Notes: generated from the letters alone by a model not told the origin. Positions 1-8,909 are shown, counted from the first letter of the stretch. The stretch: DNA of 42,473 nucleotides from Leidyana gryllorum EB-2025a (GCA_048772705.1 JBLWGC010000079.1:1-42473), one strand, 5' to 3'. Numbers and translations: made by a program.

Positions 1-144
1 AGATGCGTGACACCTTGTTGTTGAAGCTCGTACACGGTAACGGCCGTTTTCTGAACGAATGGAATGTCCGTGGCGTGTTCAGAGCGTCCGAGTTACTATT
101 TTAGCATGTCACGCCTAAGAAGCGGCCCCGATTGGGTAGTTTGT

Positions 145-216
145 GGGTACGTAGCTCAGTGGTAGGGCAGCTGACTGCAGATCAGCAAGTCCGTGGTCCA
201 TCTCCGAGCGTGCCCA
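145..216 (+). pseudogene. trnC: tRNA-Cys(GCA), degenerate T-loop
   Basis: GCTGA-CTGCAGA-TCAGC anticodon arm; T-loop reads GGTCCATC. Confidence 0.85.
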
Positions 217-297
217 GAAGATGGTTTGGAACGATCGGAGATGTTGGACCTCCATTCCTGAACACAAGGCAATTAGTTTGGAACGGGAGATGGTTTT

Positions 298-369
298 GGG
301 CCTATGGCGCAACGGTAGCGCGTCTGACTCCAGATCAGAAGGTTGGGTGTTCGAATCACTCTGGGCTCA
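298..369 (+). tRNA. trnW: tRNA-Trp(CCA)
   Basis: TCTGA-CTCCAGA-TCAGA arm; GTTCGAAT T-loop; paired stems. Confidence 0.93.
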
Positions 370-549
370 ATCAGACTTTATGTTCTTCTCGTATGGGGCG
401 CAACCAAGAATGGGATTCGGACCCACGCCCAGTCGGCGCTGCGCCGTCACATACGTCCCTGCGAGTGCTACAGCTGTCCGCCCGTGTCTAATTGGCACCG
501 GAGTTCAACGGCGTAGAATTCTAGTGAATCAGCCATGTGCTATGTCCTC

Positions 550-620
550 TGCATCTGCCGGGAATCGAAAACGGGTCGTCTCGATGGCAACGAGACATTC
601 TACCAATAGACCACAGATGC
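550..620 (-). pseudogene. trnG: tRNA-Gly(GCC), degenerate
   Basis: TCTCG-TTGCCAT-CGAGA arm; A14 and T-stem mutated. Confidence 0.85.
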
Positions 621-687
621 AGATGACGATCTTGCTGCATCTTGTACGTGGTGACAGCCGTTGTTAGAGAGCCTATCGATGCATCAA

Positions 688-759
688 AGCCTTCTGTCGG
701 AATCGAGCCGCCGACTTCTCGCTTACGAAGCAAACGCTCTGCCCCTAACTTAAGACGGC
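688..759 (-). pseudogene. trnT: tRNA-Thr(CGT), degenerate
   Basis: Homologous to intact copy at 8838-8909 with several stem mismatches. Confidence 0.85.
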
Positions 760-835
760 AATCCAAGCGGGAAATTACGCATCTATCCTCATTGAGGGAG
801 CTTACTGAAGGACTGTGGTCGGATAGTCCGAGGAC

Positions 836-891
836 TTCCACTGCCGGGACTTGAACCCGGACCGTGCGAGCGAGAGCCGCATATCCTAGCC
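836..891 (-). pseudogene. trnE: tRNA-Glu(CTC), 5'-truncated
   Basis: 3' part matches 2682-2754; 5' end replaced. Confidence 0.8.
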
Positions 892-972
892 GGTCTCAGC
901 CATACCCTTAGCTGAGGGGCAGAACCCTCGCACGGGCGCGAGGGATTTTGACACCAGATGCCACAACCTCGC

Positions 973-1045
973 TGCCTCGGCTGTGGATCGAGCACGGGAC
1001 TTCCAGATCTTCAGTCTGGCGCTCTCCCAACTGAGCTACCGAGGC
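973..1045 (-). tRNA. trnF: tRNA-Phe(GAA), T-arm variant
   Basis: CCAGA-CTGAAGA-TCTGG arm; T54>C and one T-stem mismatch. Confidence 0.8.
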
Positions 1046-1133
1046 GCTAGAAAGCCTTGAAACGCGGTGAAGATAGGCACTCACCGCAGCCCTCTGTGGA
1101 GCCACTGCCCGCGGGATGTCCAATTCAACAGTT

Positions 1134-1214
1134 GGCAACTTGCCCGAGTGATTAAGGGTTAGACTTGAAATCTACTGGGTCTGGCCCGCGCTGGTTCGAA
1201 TCCAGCAGTTGTCG
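1134..1214 (+). pseudogene. trnS: tRNA-Ser(TGA), D-loop damaged
   Basis: Long variable arm; CTTGAAA loop; D-loop GG lost and 1-nt deletion. Confidence 0.82.
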
Positions 1215-1364
1215 TGTAATGTGATCCTCCGCCCCATTTTCGGACGGCGGCTTGCACACAGCACTCGCCGAAGTGTTGTTGGCTCGCCGTTCCACCCGTT
1301 TCCTGTCCGTGAAATCTCAAAATGCGAGGACTTCTGGGGTTGGAGGCCGGTAGCTTTACTAGCG

Positions 1365-1436
1365 TCCGAGATAGTATAGTGGTTAGTATTTCCGCCTGTC
1401 ACGCGGAAGACCCGGCTTCGATTCCCGGTCTCGGAG
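1365..1436 (+). tRNA. trnD: tRNA-Asp(GTC), G53>C variant
   Basis: TCCGC-CTGTCAC-GCGGA arm. Confidence 0.82.
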
Positions 1437-1491
1437 CACAGTTGGTTCCGCTGAAGATTGTCTCCTGTGGTTGCCGCTGAAAGTTGCGAGC

Positions 1492-1564
1492 TACAGCCAC
1501 CGAGGATCGAACTCGGGACCTTCTGCGTGTGAAGCAGACGTCGTAACCACTAGACCATGGCTGC
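1492..1564 (-). tRNA. trnV: tRNA-Val(CAC)
   Basis: TCTGC-TTCACAC-GCAGA arm; intact cloverleaf. Confidence 0.93.
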
Positions 1565-1627
1565 ACGGCAGGTCCCGCAGACCAAAGCAAGTGGCGAGGT
1601 TTTACGAAGTAGTGAGGACTAGTTCCA

Positions 1628-1699
1628 AGGTCGCGCCGGAAATCGAACCCAGGTCGGGAGATTCAAAGTCTCCAGTGCTAACCACTACACCACGCAACC
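1628..1699 (-). tRNA. trnQ: tRNA-Gln(TTG)
   Basis: GGAGA-CTTTGAA-TCTCC arm. Confidence 0.9.
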
Positions 1700-1796
1700 G
1701 ATTCAGCCCTTCTCCAAGAGTTGATTGAGCCATCCGGACCGGAGCTTCCCCACACATGCAAAACGGGTTTTTCTACTAACCTCCAAATATTCAACT

Positions 1797-1869
1797 GGCT
1801 CTTGTAGCGCAGTCGGTAAAGCGTGTGATTGTTAAATACCAAGTCGCAGGTCCGCGGTCTACGGCATCC
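1797..1869 (+). pseudogene. trnN: tRNA-Asn(GTT), heavily decayed
   Basis: Homology to 10564-10636. Confidence 0.7.
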
Positions 1870-1970
1870 TGGACCATATTGCGATGCCAAAGTCTATCCA
1901 AGGGCTACAGGGCACCCTTCATAGGTGGTAACTCGTGGCTAAATACCGGCAGGTGCCGTCGTACGAAGTT

Positions 1971-2043
1971 TGGACGACCTGGGCATCGATTCCAGTACCT
2001 CTCGCATGCTAAACGAGCGCTCTACCAATTGAGCTAGTCGCCC
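1971..2043 (-). tRNA. trnA: tRNA-Ala(AGC)
   Basis: G3-U70 pair; TTAGCAT loop; ATCGAT T-loop (G53>A). Confidence 0.8.
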
Positions 2044-2131
2044 GCTGTGCAGACCGCATCGCATTTCTTGGTTCTCGACATAGTATGACCACTCTCTCGA
2101 CTGCACCCAACGGATTGCACCACCGACAGGC

Positions 2132-2203
2132 GGCTGTTTGGTCTAGTGGTATGATTCTTCCTTTGGGTGGAAGAAGTCCTGGGTTCGATTCCCAGAACAG
2201 CCC
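2132..2203 (+). tRNA. trnP: tRNA-Pro(TGG)
   Basis: CTTCC-TTTGGGT-GGAAG arm; intact. Confidence 0.93.
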
Positions 2204-2279
2204 GCTTTGTTGTATCTTGACCCAACCTGCCTGGCAGCATGGTTCTGGGTTCGGGTGATTCCTCGGAGAAAGTCGGAAG

Positions 2280-2352
2280 GGGAGTGTAGCGCAGTCGGTA
2301 GCGCGTAGGTCTCATAATCCTGAAGTCGAGAGTTCGATCCTCTCCACTGCGA
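2280..2352 (+). pseudogene. trnM: Elongator tRNA-Met(CAT), acceptor 3' strand mutated
   Basis: TAGGT-CTCATAA-TCCTG arm; compare intact 39610-39682. Confidence 0.82.
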
Positions 2353-2396
2353 GGGTCGGAATCGAAACCGCCGACAAACTCATCATGCTATCGTTT

Positions 2397-2466
2397 TGCA
2401 TCTGTCTGAATCGCACACGGGTTATCTTGATGGCAGCGAGAGACTCTTCCACTAGACCACAGATGC
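2397..2466 (-). pseudogene. trnG: tRNA-Gly(GCC), degenerate
   Basis: Homology to 22566-22636. Confidence 0.8.
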
Positions 2467-2533
2467 AGAACACGATCCTGTTGACTCTTGTACCTGGTGA
2501 CAGCCATTCTTTGTAAGCCTATCGATGCATCAA

Positions 2534-2605
2534 AGCCTTCTGCCGGAATCGAGCCGGCGCCTTCTCGCTTACGAAGCAAACGCTCTGCCCCTAAGCTTCG
2601 AAGGC
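2534..2605 (-). pseudogene. trnT: tRNA-Thr(CGT), degenerate
   Basis: TTCGTAA loop; U8 and T54 mutated. Confidence 0.8.
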
Positions 2606-2681
2606 AATGTAAGTTGGAGATAACGAAACGATGGCTACTGACGGAGATTAGTGGAGCACTTTGCTCGAGTACTTCAATGGC

Positions 2682-2754
2682 TTCCACTGCCGGGACTTGA
2701 ACCCGGATCGTGCGGGTGAGAGCCGCATATCCTAGCCACTTAGACTACAGTGGA
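2682..2754 (-). tRNA. trnE: tRNA-Glu(CTC)
   Basis: TGCGG-CTCTCAC-CCGCA arm; intact. Confidence 0.93.
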
Positions 2755-2852
2755 CAAGTGCTCGAGTTTAGGCTTCGGCCGAGAGCCGAACCGTCTCGGA
2801 AAGATTCCACCATCAATACGACTGGAATTTGTTACTAAGTCCGAGCTTTCTT

Positions 2853-2918
2853 GCCGCCCCAACTCGTTCGGTAGAGCGCAAGACTTTTGAAGGGAGAACC
2901 GCGGGTTCGGGCGGCGCG
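2853..2918 (+). pseudogene. trnK: tRNA-Lys(TTT), decayed
   Basis: GGTAGAGCGCAAGACTTTT homologous to 26221-26293. Confidence 0.72.
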
Positions 2919-2986
2919 AGCAGTCCTAGTAAAGCTTGCTGAACCGTATGTGAAGCCACTGGCCGCAAAATGCCCAGTTCGACAGC

Positions 2987-3068
2987 GGCAACTTGCCCGA
3001 GTGGTTAAGGGGGTAGACTAGAAATCTACTGGGCCGTGCCCGCGCTGGTTTAAATCCAGCAGTTGTCG
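2987..3068 (+). tRNA. trnS: tRNA-Ser(AGA), C56>T variant
   Basis: GTAGA-CTAGAAA-TCTAC arm; long variable arm. Confidence 0.78.
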
Positions 3069-3143
3069 TGCGATGTGGTTGGAGGGTTAAACACCGACTC
3101 ACGCATGAATTTCTGAATGGTGGAAAAGCAACCATGTGTCCTC

Positions 3144-3213
3144 TGCATCTGCCGGTATCGAACCCGGGTCGTCTCGATGGCAACGAGACATTCTACCACT
3201 AGACCACAGATGC
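3144..3213 (-). tRNA. trnG: tRNA-Gly(GCC), 1-nt T-arm deletion
   Basis: TCTCG-TTGCCAT-CGAGA arm. Confidence 0.78.
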
Positions 3214-3374
3214 GTGACACCTTGTTGTTGAAGCTCGTACACGGTAACGGCCGTTTTCTGAACGAATGGAATGTCCGTGGCGTGTTCAGAGCGTCCGAGT
3301 TTCTATTTTCGCATGTCACGCCTAAGAAGCGGGCGCGATTGCCGGTAAATGAGTCTGGAACGGGGGATGGTTTT

Positions 3375-3446
3375 GGGCCTATCGCGCAACGGTAGCGCGT
3401 CTGACTCCAGAACAGAAGGTTGGGTGTTCGAATCACTCTGGGCTCA
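3375..3446 (+). pseudogene. trnW: tRNA-Trp(CCA), anticodon-stem mismatch
   Basis: Copy of 298-369 with substitutions. Confidence 0.8.
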
Positions 3447-3482
3447 ACCGGACTCTATGTTTTTCCCGTTTGGGGCGCAACC

Positions 3483-3562
3483 TGACAAAAGTGGGATTCG
3501 AACCCACGACCTTTCAGACTCCGGTCTGAGCACAACGCCTCAGACCACTCGGTCATCTTGCC
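3483..3562 (-). pseudogene. trnL: tRNA-Leu(CAG), degenerate
   Basis: CTCAGAC loop; variable arm; stem mismatches. Confidence 0.8.
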
Positions 3563-3655
3563 GGGATGTTGTTGGCTCGCCGCTCCACGCGTTTTCTATC
3601 CCTGGAATCTCAAGATGGAAGGACTTTGGGGTTTCAGGCCGGTGTGTTCGGAGCG

Positions 3656-3727
3656 TCCGAGATAGTATAGTGGTTAGTATTTCCGCCTGTCACGCGGAAT
3701 ACCCGGGTTCGATTCCCGGTCTCGGAG
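3656..3727 (+). tRNA. trnD: tRNA-Asp(GTC)
   Basis: Intact cloverleaf. Confidence 0.9.
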
Positions 3728-3782
3728 CACAGTTGATCTCGCTTAAGATTGTCTTTTTTGGTGCCCGCTGAAAGATGCGAGC

Positions 3783-3855
3783 TACAGCCACCGAGGATCG
3801 AACTCGGGACCTTCTGCGTGTTAAGCAGACGTCGTAACCACTAGACCATGGCTGC
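3783..3855 (-). tRNA. trnV: tRNA-Val(AAC)
   Basis: TCTGC-TTAACAC-GCAGA arm; intact. Confidence 0.93.
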
Positions 3856-4134
3856 ATGGATGGTCCCCGCAGCCCAAGAGAAGTGGCGAAGCTTCAGGGA
3901 GTAGTGAGGACCAGTTCAAGGGTCGCGCCAACCCAGGTCGGAAAATCCAAAGTGTCGAGTGCACCAAGGACGCAACCGGTTCAGCCCATCCCAGAAGAGT
4001 CGGACTAGCGCTTCCTCAGCTGGACACATGCGACACGGGTCTTGTATACAGACCCCAGTGTAAAGAGTTGGATTCGAGTCGGGCAAAAACCTCAGTTCAA
4101 TCATTCAACCAGTTGCGCTCTCCCCGAATGCTAC

Positions 4135-4216
4135 CGACAAGGGTGAGATTCGAACTCACGCGGGTGGAACCCAACGGCTTAGCAGGCCGCCGCCTTAACC
4201 ACTCGGCCACCTTGCC
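4135..4216 (-). tRNA. trnS: tRNA-Ser(GCT)
   Basis: GCGGC-CTGCTAA-GCCGT arm; long variable arm; G73. Confidence 0.93.
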
Positions 4217-4325
4217 GACGACATCTCTTACTCACTGGCACTTTTTCACAACGGTTTGGGGTCCTAGTCAAGCTTGCTGAACCGTATGTGACATCACTGG
4301 CCGCAAAATGCCGAGTTCGACAGGT

Positions 4326-4407
4326 GGCAACCTGCCCGAGTGGTTAAGGGGGTAGACTCGAAATCTACTGGGCCTGGCCCGCGCTGGTTCAAATCCAGCA
4401 GTTGTCG
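4326..4407 (+). tRNA. trnS: tRNA-Ser(CGA)
   Basis: GTAGA-CTCGAAA-TCTAC arm; one acceptor mismatch. Confidence 0.86.
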
Positions 4408-4471
4408 TGCGATGTGGTGGAAATGATGCAATTCCCAGCATCAAAAACTCATATGGGTCGAGACAGGGAAT

Positions 4472-4543
4472 GCCTTCTTAGCTTAGGGGCAGAGCATTCG
4501 CTTTGTAAGCGAAAGGTCGCTGGTTCGATTCCGGCAGAAGGCT
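4472..4543 (+). tRNA. trnT: tRNA-Thr(TGT)
   Basis: TTCGC-TTTGTAA-GCGAA arm. Confidence 0.9.
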
Positions 4544-4610
4544 TTGATGCATCGATAGGCTTACAAAGAATGGCTGTCACCAGGTACAAGAGTCAACAGG
4601 ATCGTGTTCT

Positions 4611-4680
4611 GCATCTGTGGTCTAGTGGAAGAGTCTCTCGCTGCCATCAAGATAACCCGTGTGCGATTCAGACAGATGCA
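4611..4680 (+). pseudogene. trnG: tRNA-Gly(GCC), degenerate
   Basis: Inverted copy of 2397-2466. Confidence 0.8.
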
Positions 4681-4724
4681 AAACGATAGCATGATGAGTT
4701 TGTCGGCGGTTTCGATTCCGACCC

Positions 4725-4797
4725 TCGAAGTGGAGAGGATCGAACTCTCGACTTCAGGATTATGAGACCTACGCGCTACCGACTGCGCTACACTCCC
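4725..4797 (-). pseudogene. trnM: Elongator tRNA-Met(CAT), acceptor mutated
   Basis: Inverted copy of 2280-2352. Confidence 0.82.
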
Positions 4798-4873
4798 CTT
4801 CCGACTTTCTCCGAGGAATCACCCGAACCCAGAACCATGCTGCCAGGCAGGTTGGGTCAAGATACAACAAAGC

Positions 4874-4945
4874 GGGCTGTTCTGGGAATCGAACCCAGGA
4901 CTTCTTCCACCCAAAGGAAGAATCATACCACTAGACCAAACAGCC
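4874..4945 (-). tRNA. trnP: tRNA-Pro(TGG)
   Basis: Inverted copy of 2132-2203. Confidence 0.93.
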
Positions 4946-5033
4946 GCCTGTCGGTGGTGCAATCCGTTGGGTGCAGTCGAGAGAGTGGTCATACTATGTC
5001 GAGAACCAAGAAATGCGATGCGGTCTGCACAGC

Positions 5034-5106
5034 GGGCGACTAGCTCAATTGGTAGAGCGCTCGTTTAGCATGCGAGAGGTACTGGAATCGATGCCCAGGT
5101 CGTCCA
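5034..5106 (+). tRNA. trnA: tRNA-Ala(AGC)
   Basis: Inverted copy of 1971-2043. Confidence 0.8.
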
Positions 5107-5377
5107 AACTTCGTACGACGGCACCTGCCGGTATTTAGCCACGAGTTACCACCTATGAAGGGTGCCCTGTAGCCCATGGATAGATTTCGGCATCGCAATA
5201 TGGTCCAGGATGCCGTAGACCGCGGACCTGCGACTTGGTATTTAACAATCACACGCTTTACTGACTGCGCTACAAGAGCCAGTTGAATATTTGGAGGTTA
5301 GTAGAAAAACCCGTTTTGCATGTGTGGGGAAGCTCCGGTCCGGATGGCTCAATCAACTCTTGGAGAAGGGCTGAATC

Positions 5378-5449
5378 GGTTGCGTGGTGTAGTGGTTAGC
5401 ACTGGAGACTTTGAATCTCCCGACCTGGGTTCGATTTCCGGCGCGACCT
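5378..5449 (+). tRNA. trnQ: tRNA-Gln(TTG)
   Basis: GGAGA-CTTTGAA-TCTCC arm. Confidence 0.9.
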
Positions 5450-5512
5450 TGGAACTAGTCCTCACTACTTCGTAAAACCTCGCCACTTGCTTTGGTCTGC
5501 GGGACCTGCCGT

Positions 5513-5585
5513 GCAGCCATGGTCTAGTGGTTACGACTTCTGCTTCACACGCAGAAGGTCCCGAGTCCGATCCTCGGTGGCTGTA
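5513..5585 (+). tRNA. trnV: tRNA-Val(CAC), T-loop variant
   Basis: TTCACAC loop; GTCCGA T-loop. Confidence 0.78.
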
Positions 5586-5640
5586 GCTCGCAACTTTCAG
5601 CGCCAACCACAGGAGACAATCTTCAGCGGAACCAACTGTG

Positions 5641-5712
5641 CTCCGAGACCGGGAATCGAAGCCGGGTCTTCCGCGTGACAGGCGGAAATACTAACCACTA
5701 TACTATCTCGGA
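5641..5712 (-). tRNA. trnD: tRNA-Asp(GTC), G53>C variant
   Basis: Inverted copy of 1365-1436. Confidence 0.82.
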
Positions 5713-5863
5713 CGCTAGTAAAGCTACCGGCCTCCAACCCCAGAAGTCCTCGCATTTTGAGATTTCACGGACAGGAAACGGGTGGAACGGCGAGCCAACC
5801 ACACTTCGGCGAGTGCTGTGTGCAAGCCGCCGTCCGAAAATGGGGGCGGAGGATCACATTACA

Positions 5864-5944
5864 CGACAACTGCTGGATTCGAACCAGCGCGGGCCAGACC
5901 CAGTAGATTTCAAGTCTAACCCTTAATCACTCGGGCAAGTTGCC
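5864..5944 (-). pseudogene. trnS: tRNA-Ser(TGA), D-loop damaged
   Basis: Inverted copy of 1134-1214. Confidence 0.82.
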
Positions 5945-6032
5945 AACTGTTGAATTGGACATCCCGCGGGCAGTGGCTCCACAGAGGGCTGCGGTGAGTG
6001 CCTATCTTCACCGCGTTTCAAGGCTTTCTAGC

Positions 6033-6105
6033 GCCTCGGTAGCTCAGTTGGGAGAGCGCCAGACTGAAGATCTGGAAGTCCCGTGCTCGATCCACAGCCG
6101 AGGCA
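6033..6105 (+). tRNA. trnF: tRNA-Phe(GAA), T-arm variant
   Basis: Inverted copy of 973-1045. Confidence 0.8.
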
Positions 6106-6318
6106 GCGAGGTTGTGGCATCTGGTGTCAAAATCCCTCGCGCCCGTGCGAGGGTTCTGCCCCTCAGCTAAGGGTATGGCTGAGACCGGCTAGGATATGCG
6201 GCTCTCGCTCGCACGGTCCGGGTTCAAGTCCCGGCAGTGGAAGTCCTCGGACTATCCGACCACAGTCCTTCAGTAAGCTCCCTCAATGAGGATAGATGCG
6301 TAATTTCCCGCTTGGATT

Positions 6319-6390
6319 GCCGTCTTAAGTTAGGGGCAGAGCGTTTGCTTCGTAAGCGAGAAGTCGGCGGCTCGATTCCGACAGAAGGCT
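6319..6390 (+). pseudogene. trnT: tRNA-Thr(CGT), degenerate
   Basis: Inverted copy of 688-759. Confidence 0.83.
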
Positions 6391-6457
6391 TTGATGCATC
6401 GATAGGCTCTCTAACAACGGCTGTCACCACGTACAAGATGCAGCAAGATCGTCATCT

Positions 6458-6528
6458 GCATCTGTGGTCTATTGGTAGAATGTCTCGTTGCCATCGAGAC
6501 GACCCGTTTTCGATTCCCGGCAGATGCA
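6458..6528 (+). pseudogene. trnG: tRNA-Gly(GCC), degenerate
   Basis: Inverted copy of 550-620. Confidence 0.83.
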
Positions 6529-6708
6529 GAGGACATAGCACATGGCTGATTCACTAGAATTCTACGCCGTTGAACTCCGGTGCCAATTAGACACGGGCGG
6601 ACAGCTGTAGCACTCGCAGGGACGTATGTGACGGCGCAGCGCCGACTGGGCGTGGGTCCGAATCCCATTCTTGGTTGCGCCCCATACGAGAAGAACATAA
6701 AGTCTGAT

Positions 6709-6780
6709 TGAGCCCAGAGTGATTCGAACACCCAACCTTCTGATCTGGAGTCAGACGCGCTACCGTTGCGCCATAGGCCC
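6709..6780 (-). tRNA. trnW: tRNA-Trp(CCA)
   Basis: Inverted copy of 298-369. Confidence 0.93.
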
Positions 6781-6861
6781 AAAACCATCTCCCGTTCCAA
6801 ACTAATTGCCTTGTGGTCAGGAATGGAGGTCCAACATCTCCGATCGTTCCAAACCATCTTC

Positions 6862-6933
6862 TGGGCACGCTCGGAGTTGGACCACGGACTTGCTGATCTG
6901 CAGTCAGCTGCCCTACCACTGAGCTACGTACCC
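6862..6933 (-). pseudogene. trnC: tRNA-Cys(GCA), degenerate T-loop
   Basis: Inverted copy of 145-216. Confidence 0.85.
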
Positions 6934-7029
6934 ACAAACTACCCGTCATACTCGCTCAACTCGATTCTGTCTTCTCATCTGAAGCAAAACGGCCGTTATT
7001 GTGCACGAGCTTGAACAACAACGAGTCAT

Positions 7030-7100
7030 GCATCTGTGGTCTAGTGGTAGAATGTGTCGTTGCCACCGAGACGACCCAGGTTCGATTCCCGGCAGAGGCA
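7030..7100 (+). pseudogene. trnG: tRNA-Gly(GCC), stem mismatches
   Basis: TTGCCAC loop. Confidence 0.8.
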
Positions 7101-7227
7101 GAAGGCACGGATCAAACAGCCGTGGCAGATTGACAGAGACGCTGACAAGCTTTGGCACGAGGCCCGACCAGGGGGCTGTTTGGTCTGCAGGTATGATTTT
7201 TCCTCGCTTGGAAGAACATTGCAACTG

Positions 7228-7300
7228 GGTCTTGTAGCTCAGTCGGCAAAGCGTGTAGCTGTTTACCACAGAGTCGCAGTTTCGAAGCCTAGCAGTAGCG
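7228..7300 (+). pseudogene. trnN: tRNA-Asn(GTT), decayed
   Basis: Homology to 10564-10636. Confidence 0.75.
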
Positions 7301-7361
7301 ACGCTCTCTTAGAGGTTGCAACTTTATATTTAACTACCGGCAGGTGCCGCCCTACTGGGTT

Positions 7362-7434
7362 TGGACGACCTGGGTATCGATCCCAGTACCTCTCGCATGC
7401 AAAGCGAGCGCTCTACCATCTGAGCTAGCCGCCC
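7362..7434 (-). tRNA. trnA: tRNA-Ala(TGC)
   Basis: CTCGC-TTTGCAT-GCGAG arm; G3-U70. Confidence 0.93.
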
Positions 7435-7492
7435 ATCCGCTCTACATGGAAGACCTATTGCATCCAGTGGCTGACCGGGCCGATACAACCGC

Positions 7493-7571
7493 TGACAAGC
7501 GTGGCTTCGAACCCACGCCCTTTCGGACTGCGGCCTAAACACAGCGCCTTAGACTACTCGGCCATCTTGCC
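7493..7571 (-). pseudogene. trnL: tRNA-Leu(TAG), degenerate
   Basis: CTGTG-TTTAGGC-CGCAG arm; D-loop and T-arm lesions. Confidence 0.82.
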
Positions 7572-7666
7572 GGAGCGTTCTTGGCTCGCCACTTTACACG
7601 CTGTCTGTCTGTGAAGTCTCGAGAACGGAGGACTTTTGGGGTTGAAGGCCGGAGTATCCACGAGCG

Positions 7667-7738
7667 TCCGAGATAGTATAGTGCTTAGTATTTCCGCCTC
7701 TCACTCGGAAGACCCGGGTTCGATTCCCGGTCTCGGAG
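7667..7738 (+). pseudogene. tRNA-Asp body with CTC (Glu) anticodon
   Basis: TCCGC-CTCTCAC-TCGGA arm; D-loop GG>GC. Confidence 0.8.
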
Positions 7739-7791
7739 ACACTTCGTTCTTCCGCTTTAGATTTCGTGGTGCTCACCTGACAAACGCGAGT

Positions 7792-7864
7792 TACAGCCAC
7801 CGAGGATCGAACTCGGGACCTTCTGCGTGTTAAGCAGACGTCGTGACCACTAGACCATGGCTGC
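7792..7864 (-). tRNA. trnV: tRNA-Val(AAC)
   Basis: TTAACAC loop; intact. Confidence 0.92.
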
Positions 7865-7927
7865 AGCGAAGGTCCCGCAGACCAAGAGAAGTGGCGAGGT
7901 TTCACGAATAAGTGGAGACCAGTTTCG

Positions 7928-7999
7928 AGGTCGCGGCGGGAATCGAAGCTAGGTCGCGAGATTTAGAGTCTCCAGTGCTAACCACTACACCAAGTAACC
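7928..7999 (-). pseudogene. tRNA-Gln body with CTA (amber) anticodon, degenerate
   Basis: GGAGA-CTCTAAA-TCTCG arm; acceptor and T-stem mismatches. Confidence 0.82.
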
Positions 8000-8277
8000 G
8001 ATCCAGTCCTTCCCAAAAAAGAGTTGATAGAGCCATCCGGACTAGCCCTCCTCAAGTGGACACATGCAACACACATCTCTCTACTGACCTTTGAAATAAT
8101 GTAACTGACTCTTGTATCTTAGTCGGCAGAGTGTGTCATTGTAACATACAAACTCGGAAATCCGGGATTTGAGGCAACCTTCACACATACTGCGATGCCC
8201 AGGTCTGTCCAATCGTTACAGGGCACAATTATCTCAGCTCGGGAAATGAATAGCGGCAGGTGCAGCCGTACGTACTT

Positions 8278-8350
8278 TGGACGACCTGGGCATCGATCCC
8301 AGTACCTCTCGCATGCTAAGCGTGCGCTCTACCATTTGAGCTAGTCGCCC
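8278..8350 (-). tRNA. trnA: tRNA-Ala(AGC)
   Basis: TTAGCAT loop; one anticodon-stem mismatch. Confidence 0.84.
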
Positions 8351-8438
8351 GTTGTGCGGACCCCATCGCATTTGTTGGTTCTCAACATAGGATGACCACC
8401 TTTTAAACTGTCTTCAGCGGGTTGCACGAATGAAAGGC

Positions 8439-8510
8439 GGCTGTTTGGTCTAGTGGTATGATTCTTCCGTTGGGTGGAAGAAGTCCGGGGTTCCATTCCC
8501 AAAACAGCCC
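8439..8510 (+). pseudogene. trnP: tRNA-Pro(TGG), degenerate
   Basis: Homology to 2132-2203. Confidence 0.8.
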
Positions 8511-8586
8511 GCTTTGTTGTATCTTGACCCAACCTGCCTGGCAGCATGGTTCTGGGTTCGGGTGATTCCTCGGAGAAAGTCGGAGG

Positions 8587-8659
8587 GGGAGTGTAGCGCA
8601 GCCGCTAGCGCGTAGGTCTCATAATCCTGAAGTCGAGAGTTCGATCCTCTCCACTCTCG
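8587..8659 (+). pseudogene. trnM: Elongator tRNA-Met(CAT), degenerate
   Basis: CTCATAA loop; D-loop GG lost. Confidence 0.8.
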
Positions 8660-8837
8660 CGGTCGGAATCGAAACCGCCGACAAACTCATCATGCTACCA
8701 TTTTGCAGTCGGGAATCGCACACAGGTTATCTCGATGGCAGCGAGCGACTCTTCCACTAGACCACAGATGCAGAACACGATCTTGTAAATCTTGTAGGTG
8801 GTGACAGCCATTCCTCTTAAGCCTATCGATGCAACAA

Positions 8838-8909
8838 AGCCTTCTGCCGGAATCGAACCGGCGACTTCTCGCTTACGAAGCGAACGCTCTGCCCCTAAGC
8901 TAAGAAGGC
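8838..8909 (-). tRNA. trnT: tRNA-Thr(CGT)
   Basis: TTCGC-TTCGTAA-GCGAG arm; intact. Confidence 0.93.

Larger units (their letters stand above)
134..6944. repeat. Large inverted repeat, arms ~134-2552 and ~4525-6944
   Basis: Mirrored genes (Cys 145+/6862-, Trp 298+/6709-, Phe 973-/6033+, Pro 2132+/4874-) and mirrored near-identical ORF translations. Confidence 0.97.

Noticed and set aside
891-960. Two small hairpins as a novel ncRNA
   Set aside because: CTTAGCTGAGGGGCAGA matches the Thr 5' end and the related flank at ~12790 does not conserve the pairing; this is a rearrangement scar
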